Shown piece by piece: positions 21,900 to 36,418 of a stretch of 64,000 nucleotides of DNA (position 1 is its first letter; the number at the start of each line of letters is the position of its first letter). The DNA lies in assembly GCA_043228905.1 (NCBI GenBank), contig JBHGNT010000016.1, forward strand, positions 17,050,001-17,114,000, in the 5' to 3' direction. Below the pieces are notes generated by a model. The model was not told where the DNA came from and ran no database searches. It saw only the letters and a program-made list of their open reading frames with translations. The translations under genes and the position numbers were made by a program. The DNA is from Azolla caroliniana (Eukaryota; Plantae; Polypodiophyta).

Positions 21900-22953
21900 A
21901 ATCAAAGTGGCATCCACCTTGCCAAGAATGCCGCTAATCATTCTCAACACATACAAAGGAGGTTTTATTTGGTTGCGAGAGAGGGTAGAAGATGGAGACT
22001 TTGCTTTGGTGAAGATCCACACTGATCACAATGGGTCAAATATGTTGACAAAGACCTTGCCTAAGGAGAAGCTTGTTGCTTGTCGCATGAGAGCAGGCTT
22101 GGTTGATTCTCCCATGGATACAAGAGTGAAGGGGGAGTTTGTTGTGTTTTCCCTCCTCATAGGTGAAGAAGTCCACATGATATTTGGGCTTGATTAGTTA
22201 CTATTTTAGTAGGTTCAAAATCATGCCCCACTTAAAAGGAAGTCTTATTTAGAAAGACCCTCACATTTAAGAGGGAGAAAAGTGGCTTTCTAGCGTGGAA
22301 GAGAGTGGGCTTGCAAAAGTGAGAACAAAAGGGGAAGAAAAGAAGCGGTAGAGAAATCTCGTAGGCGTTATGACACCTGAATTTGATCTACTCCGATTGG
22401 GCTAAAATTCTGGTGGGTTGTTCCATTGAGCTTCTTGGAAGCTCACACCCAACCGTTTGATCATGGTTCCCTATCCCTAAGTCAGGTTCTACTCATTTGT
22501 GTCTCTTGCTCTTCTTCTTATTGCTCCATCTTGTTAGATGAAGATTGGTGCCAAGGTTGTTGCCCTCATGTTTGTCTCATGTTTGTGTATTCCTCTAGTG
22601 ATATCTAGGGAGTTTGTACCCACTTGTAAATTGAGTTATAGTGGAAGTTTTGGTAACCTAAAGGGTTCCCTGGTTTTCTTTCCCCGATTCAGGGTTTCCA
22701 CGTAAAACTTTTGTGTGTTAGGTTGTTGTTTTTTATTATTTCATGATGTATTGGTTGTTACGTCTTGTAGCTTGCCCATTAGATCGTGTCACTGTTTGTG
22801 GACGGTGATTGTTTGTTTTATTGATTCGGCACATTTCAGGGTTCATGGATTCCTGTTTCTGCAGATATTGATCCGATCCAAGCTTGATCAATTGCACACA
22901 TTTTCTTGTCATTGACTTAGGGCACCAATTATTTGTTGCCATTTATTACAACA
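21900..22953 (+). mobile_element. Ty1/copia 3' remnant: RNase H end, PPT, 3' LTR (22140-22953)
   Basis: WLRERVEDGDFALVKIHTDHNGSNMLTK, GAAGGGGGAG PPT, and TGTTG..CAACA ends. Confidence 0.75.
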
Positions 22954-23402
22954 TTATACAAACATTATACAATTTGAATCTCATCACAACATTGACTCAG
23001 ATTCCAGCTAAGACTTTCAATCCAACAAAATCTCTTTTTGTTGATTAGATGTTCCAATTGGACTTCTGATATCTCTGTTTGTAATTAATAGTTGTGGTTA
23101 TCTTTGTGGCTAAATTTATTAAATCCATAAAGTTTCTGGCTATTCTTTTAATCGGCTTCCTAATAATTACTAAGATTATTTACTGTTAAAACTTTCCGGC
23201 TTTCTTTTTGTGGGGGCCCAATCTTTCTGTCTGTTTCCTTTTTTCACTACAGTTCAAAAGTGTGCTTATATTTTATAAAGTGCCAGAAACAGGGGAACTA
23301 ATCCATCAGTTTCATAAGTAGATTAGCCTCGCTAATCACGATTTAAGGGGACACCATTAGACGCTGAAGCAATATTAGTCGGTTAATTAAGCCGCGTGAT
23401 CG

Positions 23403-26400
23403 ATGGCCTCCATACAGATTAACAGCCATCAAATTGCACCTCCATCAATAGATCGTCACAAAAATGGTGGCTGGAGAGCGGCTTCCTTCATCCTGGGTAA
23501 CTAATTAATTAATTAATTGGATCATCATCGTATTCCAAAATCAGACACAAATATGCTTAAGGCCTTACATTAATCCTGATCGCACACTGACTAACCGCGA
23601 TATTTAAGTATGAAAACCATGATTTAAGGACGTGATTAGTGGATGGAGAGTCGGTTGAAAAATCTGCCTAATCACCATGATTTTATATCAAGAATCTCGA
23701 GATTACTCAAAAACATATATATATATATGTCATTCACGAAAGATGAACCGATTAAAACTATTCATCAAACCATCGGTAATTAGATATTTAAATTGCGGTG
23801 CGTGAGGGTTTATGGCTAATAACATATTGTAAATCAGCCATGGCTAATTTACTGAGCTTACAATAAAGGGACGAAGGATTAACTTGCCCTAAAAATGAAG
23901 AATCAATCAGTGCTCATAACTAAAGGATTATATGCAGATTTATGTTTTGAAGATTAAGAGAGTGATTTTTGTGTGTATATATATGTGGTAGCAATGGAGG
24001 CGACAGAGAGGCTAGCGTTCTATTCACTGGCTGCAAACCTGGCGACATATCTGGTCTCAGAGATGCAGGAGCCGCTACCGAAGGCCGTGAAGATTATCAG
24101 TAACTGGATCGGAGCCGCATACCTTCTTGGCATTCCTGGAGGCTTCATCGCAGATGCCTATCTCGGCCGCTTCTACACCATAGCCCTGCACTCCGTCTTC
24201 TACATCCTGGTAAGAAAAAACCAAACGATTATTCACAGAATCCATGGATTTGGTGATTCAGGGATCATGATTTCTTTTATAGAAAAACAGAAAATTTGTG
24301 GTTATGCCGCCCGCTGTATAAACCCTAATCCCTTCTACAGAATCCATGGATTTGATTCAGGGATCGTGATTTCTTATCAAAAAACAAAAGATTTGTAATT
24401 ATTCCACATAAACCCTAATCCCTTCTACAGAATCCATGGATTTCATGATTCAGGGATCATGATTTCTTATATTAAAAAACAAAACATTTGTGATTACGCC
24501 GCCATATAAACTCTAATGCCTTCTACAGAATCCATGGATTTGATTCAGGGATCGTGATTTCTTATCAAAAAACAACAGATTTGTGATTATTCCCCATAAA
24601 CCCTAATCCCTTCTACAGAATCCATGGATTTGATTCAGGGATCATGATTTCCTACAAAAAAATTGTGATTATGCCGTAAAAACAAAAAAAGTTGCGATCG
24701 TGCAGGGATTAGGCTTGATCGCATCGTCGGCAATGGTGCCGGGCCTGAAGCCGCATGCGTGCGAGGAGGCGGGGGGCTGCAAGCCGGCCGGCCGGCGGCA
24801 GGAGGCGGTTCTCTTGGGCGGGCTATACCTCGTGGCGATCGGCACGGGCGGGATAAAGCCGTGCGTGTCGGCATTCGGCGCAGATCAATTCGGGGAGGAT
24901 ACCAATCGCCACATGGGTGCCATTGTTGGGGAGGCGGCCGAGAAGACGAATGCGAATGGAAAAGAAGGTCATAATCCCAAGGAAGAATTAGATGGGGCCT
25001 CGATGATGATGATGAGCACGGGATCGGGATCATTCTTCAACTGGTTCTTCTTCTCCGTGAACATCGGTGCCGCATTGGCATTCACCGTGGTCGTGTACGT
25101 GCAAGACAACGTTGGGTGGGGCATCGGCATCTTGGTCGCCCTAGGCACAATGACCGCATCCCTAGCGCTCCTTGTGGGCGGTTTCCGGACGTACCGACGG
25201 AGACCCCCGATGGGGAGCCCGTTTACACGCTTCGCCCAGGTGATGGTGGCCGCCTCGCGGAACTGGCATCTCAAGCTCCCGTCGCGACCCGATCAACTCT
25301 TCGAGCCCGACAACACCCCCGATTCCCGCGATAAACTCCCCCACACCAATGCCCTCAGGTGCACACACTTGAATCCTTCCTTTGTTTTAAATCAATAGGC
25401 TCATATGCATCATATGTACATAGTGGTGTAATGTGTGGGAGAATTCCCAAGAAACTACCTAGGATTTGGTGTGTACACATTACTAGTTGTAGAGTTCAAA
25501 AACTAAGACTACTCATTGCGAATTGATTCCATATTACATGGCAAGTTAAACAAAGCATCTTAAACCAACAACAATATAATATGTGCTCAATGAACGCATC
25601 TATTTCATATGCGAAAGATTAGATTTGCCACTTACTTACCTTACCAAGTTCATAAAATGTTCAAACATACATTGACAAAGCAACGGTTTACCGGCTTGTG
25701 TGCCTCCGTGACAAAAACCTTGTATGTTTAGGTCGCCAAGTGGGGAATTTAGTTTTGCTTCATAATCTTCATGTGAGATCATGCACTGGTTTCACACTCA
25801 AGTCCTAAAAAAGAGCTTTCTAACATTCAAATCTATAGAGTTTCTAGAGTGCGGCAAACAATGGAGGTACAATAACATTGATATTCATGGGACACTTCTA
25901 ACGAACAAGGAGGCATTACATGCAATGTAGGAAAATTGAGGTGCATTGTATATATTTGACTTGTGAATAGGTTCATGCCTTCAAAATTTTAACAAACAAG
26001 AGCCAAAAAGACTAGAAACTTATTGCAATGCAGTACATTATATACATAAACCCACTGGGTATATTTCAAAAGATTAGACTACATTAGTAGCCTTAAAACC
26101 TCACGAAGGTGAGAAAGCTATTCAATAAATTGAAGAGAAAACTCATATATTTGTGCACAAAGCACTTCTTGAATTAAGGTAATTAAGATGTCATTTTCAC
26201 TAGTTTTCAACCTGCCTACAAACCCATGCTCCTAGCTAAACATGGAAACTTGATCTACATGTTGGAAGAAACATTGAAATCTCACTTTATTCACATAGTT
26301 GAAAAGTAATGCAGACAAGACTATAAGGTGCGAGGAAAGTGAAACTTTGTGATACAATCTGATACAGTAAAAAGGCAATGCAAGAAAGTGAACCCTATGA

Positions 26401-29400
26401 TAGGATATCTAGGACTAAAGTGACACCTCAAATCAGTCAACTTTAGGTTAGTTTTTGAGTTATGTCTCCATTTTCTTATTTGAAACGATGAGGGCACTTC
26501 CCATATTGATAAGTTTGTAGGGCATTTTTCTTCATATTAAAGCATATGACAAAGAATTAATAATTGCTTTGCATTTCATAAACTAGGCACATGTCAATTG
26601 TGATTGATTCAACTATGTACTTTTTACTACAAAATAGATCAATTCAATTTTCAATTTCCCTCAAGATCCTTGTTGCTCATAGGAAATCCATGTTTTTAAA
26701 GAAGCATTAGTTGTAGAGAAAAACCAACATGGTGATTGATTAGAAATACGAGACAAAGTTTGTGTACGATTCTCGAAATCGTAACATATGACATTAAATT
26801 GTAGTTTAGAATTTACACCTCTTTTCATACCCACTCAAAGGAACTTTGAGAATTTATGCTAGTGGACGGGTTTTCTATCTTCGCACCCACTACATGCATT
26901 TTCTTGTCACCATTTCATGCAAATGATCTCATTCAACTATAAAGATGGTTCAGTGATCAAAAGCCACCTCTTTGACGCCAATTGTAGTTTGATTCATTTA
27001 CTCGATGACCTTTGAAATAGGAAAATGCACACATGGTTCAATTTTTGAAGGTTGGGATTGCACATGTCTAGTTGCTTTGGTCATTGTTTAATCTAAGTTC
27101 TATGATCATCACACCAAAGGTTGGGTATGTGCACCAAATAATTTGTCTGTTGTGCCCCAACTCAAGACTTGGAAAAAGCCTAGAGTTATTACTAAAGGAA
27201 TGAAGAGACCAATACATATGTGAATTATCTGAACATACAAATATATCTAATTAATATTTCATTATGATAATTGATGATAATTTAGCAAAATCATTGATCG
27301 TGAGATAATGATGCCCATAGAACCTCACATAGAGAATGAAAAAAGTCATCAAAAACGCAAAATATTGAGGTGCATGGATGTCATTGTCCCATCTTGGAAT
27401 CAGATTCTATGTTTGCCCAAACTTGGTACTACACACTCATTACTAGAGAGACATTCAATTATGGCCAGGTGTGGGGCTCTATATCATCATTGGGAATTCA
27501 ATCATTTGGTTGTGTGTTGTATTGGAACTTATGAACAAAGAATCTTAGCATCAGTAATTATAAGAGAGAATAAAGGGCATAGAAACAAGACGAAATTTTT
27601 GAGCTGTTGAGATTTATTAGTGTTGTATTTGTGTGAGAGGAGAGGATTTAAATCAACAATGATGGTCTCTTTTTAGTGACATGAACCCAACAAAAGCAAG
27701 ATTATAAATGGAGAGAAAGACAAAGATTACATTGAAGAGAATGAGGGATATTGGTGAGCTTTTAGTGCGAAATAGTGAAAGTTTTTGCGAAATTCTAGTG
27801 AATGTTTGTGAGCGTTGAGTATTTAAAAGCTAAATGTGTGTGTGTAGTTTAGAGATTATGTAGAGCTATTCGAGGTATATCTAGATTTCATATAATTTTG
27901 GATGTCTCTCCATTTCATATAAGAGTGGGTTGGAGTAATGGAGATGAAAGTACATAACACCGATTTTACTCTCAAACTGTATTCATTTTATATGTAGTGA
28001 CATGAGTGTCTTGAGAGTAAAGACTAACTTAGTCATTCTCTTCAAGTCACATTTTGGTGGTTAATGTTCTCATAATTGCCGCCCAAAAAATGAATACAAG
28101 AAAAAATTAAGAGTAATCTACGCCTAGAATTGAAAGACAGCAAAAGAAATGTCATGAAAAAGGAGAATGAACAAGTTCGTAAATTATTGATATCATTACA
28201 TGGATATCCAAACAAGAAAAGGGAATCAAAACGTGCATATTTTATGCCAACAAACATAGTTGCATCTTGCATCACAGTGGCACTCACTCAAAAATCAAGT
28301 TGTGGAAATATTGTTTGCTAATAACAGCATTAATATGGTGAAGTTTATAGCCAAAGAGAAGTAAAATCACAACAGAAAAACATAACCCAATTAAGAATAA
28401 GATAGATATTTGACATAGAGAAACGGAATACTAGAAAAATATCGATGTGCATTGTTTGTTCTCTAGATGATTGCTAGTTTCATTATCTTCTTAGCATTTC
28501 ATGTGTATGAGACCTAAACGGTTGGTTCTAATTATCCTAGTCTTGATGGGAGTCGCAACAATAAGGGATTTGGACCACACAAAGATCACTTGGAAACCCA
28601 CTTAGAACTAGTCCATGCCTTAAACTCTGTATATATTAAGTCTTGTCAAATTTTGTAAATGCATCTTGTCGAAATTTAGGATGCATATATCACAATTTGA
28701 GTGCTATTATAAGAATACTAAGCTTCATTGATCTTGATTGAAACATTTGTATAATATTCATACCTTTCTTTATATTGACAATTTGTGCAAAGAAAAAACA
28801 AGTCCACATGGCTTGCTCATAATCTTTCAAAGAATCCCATCCCACTGAGACTTAGTGGCCTCTTTTCAAAGTTCATAATTTCAAGCTCCAATCACTGGAA
28901 CCTTTTTAATTATTGTAAATAAGGAACCTTAGCCAAACCTAACAAAAAGATGCCAAGGAAAAGATGATAGTACTAATTAACAAGGAGTACTTGTATTCCT
29001 GGATTATATATGTCCACTAAGTGTGCCTCAAATGATTGGCTTCCAACATGAACCTATCATGACAAAAGTCATATTCAACTTGTGAAAACTTTGAAATAAG
29101 TGGAAATATATGAGGAATTTTTTACCGAAAATGTGGTCAACATGATGATATTCATAGATCCAATTTAACTGAAATACCAAAGGCATCAGTATTTTCTTTG
29201 ACAAAGTTAATGGTCTATTTTGTAATTATTCAATTCAAAAAGAAAAAGACAACCACCATCACTATCATAGTGTGGTGTCCCTTTGGTGCAAGCGCATGCC
29301 TTCATGCTATGGTGTACATTTGTTCCTTTGTGCCACCCTTTTAGCACGCATGTAGTTAAGCCAACCCAATGGGTACCTTTGTATCAACTAAAAATTGAGC

Positions 29401-32400
29401 AAGAAGTAACTATAAATTAAGCAAGAAGTAAGAAGTAAGGCAAGCTAGTTTGGGTTCTCTTTATGTATGTGCATTTCACAATAGATTTTTATAAATAATT
29501 GAGAAAACTTAATTAAATAATTAAATAAAAAACTCCGCCGTAATGAAATTGGAATGAAATGAACTTGCAACATTATTCCGTTTGTTCATCAAAGACATAA
29601 CATGGAACATATATGGACGCTATTATTAAACATATCCAGACATTCCTTCAAAGTTGTAGTGGAAATAATTAAAAACCCCTTGTATCCTTCTAGTATTCAA
29701 TGGACTTTGTAGAGCATCGGAAAGTTACCAACTTGAGCATTGGGTTAGTTATTGGCATACTTCTTGATGCTATTGACATATTGACATGTTGGCTTAGGGA
29801 TAATAATCTCTACGTTTCATGATAGTTGAAGTCCTATAAGTGATAAACTTTTTATCGTTGTGATGTATCGTTAAATCATCACAAGTCACTCACACGTGAT
29901 CTATGATACTTGTGTGCATGGAAAAGGAAACCTCCTTTTGATTGACCTATAAACTAAATATACATGCTTGTAATGGTTTTCCAACAATTATCACAAACAA
30001 TAAGGTCATTAAAGACACGTGCATTGCTCCTGTCATAAACTAGGTATAAATTGATCCATTCATTTTCAACTAAAATAAAAGTCATCAACTCACCTAACAT
30101 TCACCTTTCAAGAAGCAGTCATCATAGATCACAAAATATTATTAGAGAATGCATGATTATATTAAGCAAGGTTGGGATTTAGTTGAAAATACAATGGATG
30201 TATGAGCTTCATGAATTCATAAAGTGGTGTCTCTTTTTATTAGCATTGTGAAAAAGCTTTTGTGTTCAAATATCATCTGAAGAAAGCAATGCCAAATGCC
30301 GTCTTCTAAGTTTAATCATTTGCACAAAAAAGATTCTATAATAATTTAGTAAGAGGCATTCATACTTCTTTGAAGTAAGCTACCTCCAAATTGTTTTACA
30401 TATATAAACACAATCACGAAGTATAAGATCATCCAAATTAAGTCTATTGTTAGTCATGGTCATACAAGGGTATTGTTTGGGTGGTCGACTATGTTGGGTT
30501 GCTTAATATGTTGAATGTGAGGGCCAAAAGGTCAAATAGCTAGTCATGTATGGGAAGCTTGCCATTATGGCCAAAGAATGGGGTAATGGTTTGTCCCGTT
30601 GTCTAAGCGTCTAAGCCTCTTAGGTAGTTGTCAACATATTTGTGTCGCAAAAATGTGTGTATATATGTGACGAAACTATGGGATTTCTGAACTAAGAGAG
30701 ATATATGGTCTATTTGCCATCTTCCTCCTATCTCTATTATTATGCCTAACTCACCATCACTCCTAGATCACTCTTCTCGCCTCTCACCGCTAACTCTCAT
30801 CTCACCTCTAAGTCTCTTCATCGTTAGCTCTCTTCTTATTAGTACATCTCATCTCACAAATAGCTCATAATTAATCCTTGACATAATTTCATTAATCAAG
30901 TTTATAATTATAATTAATGTTAAGTATTCGTCTCACATCCAATGCTATAGTTGGGAGATATACTAAAGACTCCAAGTAGAGAGAGAAACTAGCATTATAA
31001 TGGGTATATGGCCAATATCTATAAACCTTTATAGCCACCCAAGTGTGAAAGGGTATAGATATATATTATTAAATAAGAAAAAACTATAAAGATGAAAGTA
31101 TACCAGTTTTATAAGGGTTAAAGCTAAATGATAAGCCTCTCCCTCACATTAATCACATGTTATAAGCCTAATCATGGTAATTATCTTAAGCATAAATTAA
31201 TGGAAATTTCTTGACCTATAAATCTTCTTTAGAGTGCTCGAGTTGTGGTAAAGTCTCACATGAGTTATGTATATAATTAACCTTGTATAAGTTATTAAGT
31301 TGTAGAGTATGATCAAAATTTTATTTGGTAGTTAGCCACACTAGTAGCTCGAGCACGATTGACACTAACTATTACTTGTTTCACCATCAAAAGAGTAGAT
31401 TGTGAATAGATCCTTACGCAATGACCTCAAGTTCCGATGGCAAATATATTATAAATTGGTCTCCATGGTGGATCTTTCCTAGATTGCAAAATAATAGGAC
31501 AATGATAAGGTTGATGCTCCACAAACATATACTAACCTTCACCTTATCAAAGACACCCGCAAACTCCTCAGACTTAGTTAATAGTGACGCCTCTGGCTTT
31601 TATAAGCTAGGAGGCAACATAATTTCTTAAAACAACAAGATACAAACATTTCCTCTTTCCAACCTGTTGATGAGATCCCAAATGTGAAATTTTCAAAGTG
31701 CATAGATCTTGAGTGTTATTGCTTTGAGAGGCTTTAACTTTGTGAATTTCATGTGATTCTTTGATAACTCGCTTTCTCTAACCGATATTTGGATCATATA
31801 ACGCAATATTCACATTCTTCTGCTCAAACATTCATTTTCATATGTTTGCAAACGAATGGGTATGTTATGAAAACGTACTTCTGTTTTTTTTTTAAGTTTT
31901 TAATTTTTTTTCTCACATTTTTTTTCCCCAAAAAAAAACTACTTCCATTAGTTAAGGCAATGTACATAGGATAATATACAACTCATATCTTATAGGCCAA
32001 CTTCCATGTCGAAAAGAAAACATGTGTAAAGGAAACAACAAAAAAACTCCAAAACACCACATCATTCAATGAGCATAGCATTAGTTGACCGCATACCCTC
32101 CAAGTGAGCCTCATACAAGCCGAATTCAGCATAGACATCCTCTACTCTCTTCTCATGGCTGCACCCATCTATATGTTAGGTACACTCGGAGGGAACCATC
32201 CCCTGTGGTGGATAATTCCACTTCGCTTTGCCATCCACCATCTGCAACATCGGAGAACCGCTCCATTTCAGAGGAACCGAGCTCTAGTTTCTTCACTTTT
32301 TTACCTTATAGTAAATAATGAATACGAAAGTATGGTATTTACCATACTTCAAGGGTGTTTACCTTACTCGAAAGCGAACGCACGTATGGTAGAAATAGTT

Positions 32401-35118
32401 AATGTGGCTACATGGATTTCTAGATATAATTGGAGAACTAAGATCAATTTTATCACTAGCACGTACTTGGCTAACTCATCTTCAAGTCGGTTTGGACATT
32501 TTAACATCGTGTTCCAAGCCACCACAATAGAGACATAAATTATTTGATCATCATCGTTGCTTTTTTACTTTAGACACCCTCAAGGACCTGTTCTTTTGAA
32601 TTCCAGTGAGGGGATAGTTGCTTGCATGGGTATAAATGGTATTGTTACCATTGGTGCATATGTTTGCTTCAATCATGGATGATTAGATATTTGTTCACAT
32701 TCATAATGTCACTCATTGTTCGGCTCTATTATTCACCTCAATAAATGATCTAGGGTCTTGATGAAATGTAAGCAAATAGATCCTTGATGTCATTTTGAAG
32801 AACTACCAAAATTGATCCATCGCGACCTCCTCATCCTACGAGATATCACATGCAAGAAGGTGGAAATCTTTGGTTTTCTAGACATTAGAGGTGTTTCTAT
32901 GTCATTATAGATATAACAATGTTCCGCCGATGAACTTTGGGAGGTGCTTTTGAAACCTATCATTAAAGAGATAACAATGGTCCTCTAAATTGATGAAGTC
33001 ATTAGGGTAACTCAACGAATTGTTGTTGCTTCTTAACCTTCTTAGTCATTTGTACGCCCCGTAGGAAATTTTTATTCTCTTGCTCTAGTGCTACAATTTT
33101 GGTAGTAAGACAATTCTTAGTACTCATTTGTACACCCCTTAGAAATTTTCTATTCTCTTTCTCTAGTTGCTACAAAATTGGTAATAAGAAATTCTCCACT
33201 TGGTCATCATGGATGAGTGTCACTTGGCTACCACACATACCTGCCCAAAAGAGACAAGGATGTGTATCATGACTCTATTACATTCTAATAGCTAATCATG
33301 GGCATTGACCATTTCTGTGCACCTCTTTCCCTTTATCTCTCTCTAAATGGGCATACTATATTCAGCCATACATGCAAGACCATCCCCCTTGTCCACGTTT
33401 GTGTTGAGATATTAAGCTCAACCATACACGATACACCTTATGTCTAGCACAAATTCCTTGGGCACATGTTTACAAAATCCACCCTTGTAATATGTAAATG
33501 TATGGGGGATATCTTGTATTGGTGGGATATTTTAAGGCTTCGGTTTCACTCTCATTCCATATGAACTAACATAGAATGCTATATGTATAGTAAATTCTTC
33601 TCTTGCATTTTAACTAGAACAAGTGGCCTGGGTGACCATAACTATAAGTCTCATGCTCAACACCATCTTCCATCAACAATCACTAAGCATATGAAATGTA
33701 TATCATTGATAATAAAAAAATGTAAAAGGTGTTCAAACACAAGAATATGAAAGATCTATGGCTAACAATAAAATGGATATAAATTTTGTTCAATATATCA
33801 TTAACAATCACATTAGGATATAGGATGTGTATGATTAACCATTAAAAGAATGAAAATTTTGCATTTTGAATTCATTCAAGTTCTTTTATACAAATGATAC
33901 ATAACTAACCATGAGAGCGTCAATACATTGCTAATTGACACTTATTAACTTAGTTGGCTTGTCAAAACCGAGTTCCCAAATGTGTTTTCTCTAGATGAAC
34001 TACACCGGGGACAATCATTCTCAAGTAGTTCATATCATGATTCACACCTATGAGGGAGGTGTCAACTCTAGGTATTAAGGACATGTTGAATTTGGGGTTT
34101 ATTTAATTCACGAAATTTGAAGGTTCCAACAACCAATCCTCAAATTTGACTAGACCTAATGGATCTTCAACGTTTGAAAAATCCATATCAAGTTAACATT
34201 CCTTATGCAATTATAGTGAAAAATAATCATCCTTGTATTTGGTTGTGTATGTGCTTCATTGTTTTTATTTATGATTCTAGATGGCTTGACAAGGCAACTA
34301 TAATATCATTGTCGACATCTCCACCATCATCATGGAAAGTTTGCACAGTGACACAAGTAGAGGAACTCAAACTTTTCCTACGACTTCTACCTATCATGGC
34401 TACAACGCTCTTCCTATGGACGGGATATACACAACTTGTAACCTTTTTCGTAAAGCAAGGGAGTACAATGGACCGTCGAATGGGCGCCCACTTCGAGATT
34501 CCACCGGCATCGCTACCCATATTCTCGGTTATAAATGCATTGCTTGTGCTTCCCTTCTATGACAAGGTATTAGTTCCGGCCATGGAGAGAGGGAGTGGTG
34601 GGCGGCGAAAGGGAGGATTCACACCCTTACAAAGGATGGGGTTCGGGCTTGCGGTGTCTATATGTGCTATGGTGGCAGCGGCATTAGTTGAGCAACGTCG
34701 TATGAAGATGGTGGTGAAAGCGGGACTTCTTGACAACCCAACTGCGATTGTGCCAATGTCGATATTTTGGCTCGTCCCTCAATATTTCTTAGTGGGACTA
34801 GCTGAGATTTTCACATATGTGGGTCAACTACATTTCTTCTATGCCGAGGTGTCCGAAGGGATGAGAAGTTTGAGCACAAGCTTGTTCATAGCCGAGCTCG
34901 GGCTTGGTAGTTGGATTAGCTCACTCCTTGTCACTATAGTCCAAAAAACAACGGGTGGTGATGATGATGGTTGGATCCTCAATAATATCAACCAAAGCAA
35001 AATTGATCGCTTCTATTGGCTCCTTGCCGCACTTAGCGTCGTCAATTTTGGCCTCTTCCTACTTGCAGCATCTCACCATCGTTATAAGCAACATCATTGT
35101 GTCTCCATCTCCACTTAA
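23403..35118 (+). CDS. NPF: NRT1/PTR family (NPF) MFS transporter, ~600 aa; exons 23403-23496, 23992-24209, 24706-25358, 34281-35118
   Basis: GGWRAASFIL, EATER (ExxER), GGFIADAYLGRF, GTGGIKPCVSAFGADQF, SFFNWFF, GSPFTR, WLDKA, CTVTQVEE, IPPASL, WLVPQY, FYWLLA. All introns are GT-AG and exon phases sum to 1803 nt. Subfamily (NPF5 or NPF8) is not resolved. Confidence 0.95.
24233..24675 (+). repeat. ~90-100-bp minisatellite (about 4.5 units) filling NPF intron 2
   Basis: Repeated AAACCCTAATCCCTTCTACAGAATCCATGGATTTGATTCAGGGATC. Confidence 0.9.
31410..33000 (-). pseudogene. Old Tcn1-like chromovirus relics (gag and pre-RT) in NPF intron 3
   Basis: The reverse strand gives DFHLLACDIS..QNDIKDL, NLCLYCGG (~32500-32870) and FAGVFDKV..HQPYHCPI..PPWRPIYN (~31420-31570), matching element B. 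Confidence 0.75.
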
Positions 35119-36355
35119 ACAACAAAACATTGTGAGAGGCGTTGCCTCTTCCTCCATCGCTTTGAAAAACCAAGTGGAAAAGGCATTGCCCATGGAGAAG
35201 CATAAAATAGTGGTAAATGTCACCAATGGATATCCGTTTAGAAATCAATGAGTGAGAGAATATTGACAAGCACTATTAATCTCATGTGACCCTATAAGGA
35301 AATGTTGATTTAGAATTAAATGGTAAACATAAGAATAGGTTAGTTTTTCTCCTAGGGTAATATGTATGATGAATAAAGAAAGAGTTATCTTCTACAACAA
35401 AGCATTATAATAAGTCTATTATAAGAAGTAGCATGAGTATTTTTCTTGTATAAAATCGAAGTTGTGGGTTCACGTTGCAATTAAAGTGTTTCTACTTTGG
35501 CTTCGAGAAAACAATCAATCAACACTCATTTTTATAATTATCTCGTCCCTTGTCAAAATTTGGCAAAGAAATATCAATAGTTGGTGTTGAAATAATTATA
35601 CTAAAAATTGCTTCACAATTGGTCTCGTGAAAAAAAAAACCTACCTATACTTTTTCTCCAAACATGTTGGCAAAAACACTTCAACTTTGAGATTATTACC
35701 TCAAGACATAATGCAGCCACTCCAACGACGTGGTCACTGCCCATTTGCGCTTTTGGCAGAAATGGTGGAACACACCTATGGTGATGCAAGGCGGGAGTGG
35801 CCCGAGGTGGAACTACCAACCCCCACGTTGGTTGTTTCCTACTCACCTGCCGCCCTCTCTTCGTTGTAGGCCCCAAGATCTGACTCGTACTAGGCAACAT
35901 TGAAGGGCATCGCCTTGGATATAGGTAGCTTCTTACATTAAGTTAGGCCGCAAGGCATTGTAAGTAGGCTCATCTTCTTTTACTTGATCGGAGGAAGACT
36001 CCCCGATGTGTGTATAAGTCTCCTTGTAGACTCTCTATGTAATAATCCTTCATAACTAATGGGAAAGTAGCTTCATTTTGAAAAAAAAATAAAAAAAATC
36101 AAAGACCAATATAGATCCAAAGCTGGTAACACAAAATTCTAATAATCATGAATAGCGTATGACATTTGTAGATCCCAATATTGACCTCTACAAAAATGAT
36201 GGTGAAGCCCTCAAGGTCTTGTGGTAAACGGTCAATGACCGAAGAGATCTTTCAGGATTGATGAGCAAAGAATGATAATTGTGGACAACTAGTAACTTGC
36301 TTAAAGAAAAGTATTATGCTCTTTCACAATGGGAACAACCCATCATATGTATGCC

Positions 36356-36357
<2 letters not shown>

Positions 36358-36414
<57 letters not shown>
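36358..36414. repeat. (CT)n microsatellite; others at 5188-5223, 10461-10510, 19957-19988, 62163-62196, (AG)n 63045-63085, (GT)n ~19474-19504
   Basis: Directly visible dinucleotide runs. Confidence 0.95.

Positions 36415-36418
<4 letters not shown>

Noticed and set aside
34159-34280. N-terminal part of the 319-aa ORF as coding sequence
   Set aside because: It lies upstream of the AG acceptor at 34279-34280; NPF homology begins at WLDKA.
35600-36350. Short ORFs downstream of the NPF gene
   Set aside because: No recognisable domain or splice structure; probably decayed repeat.
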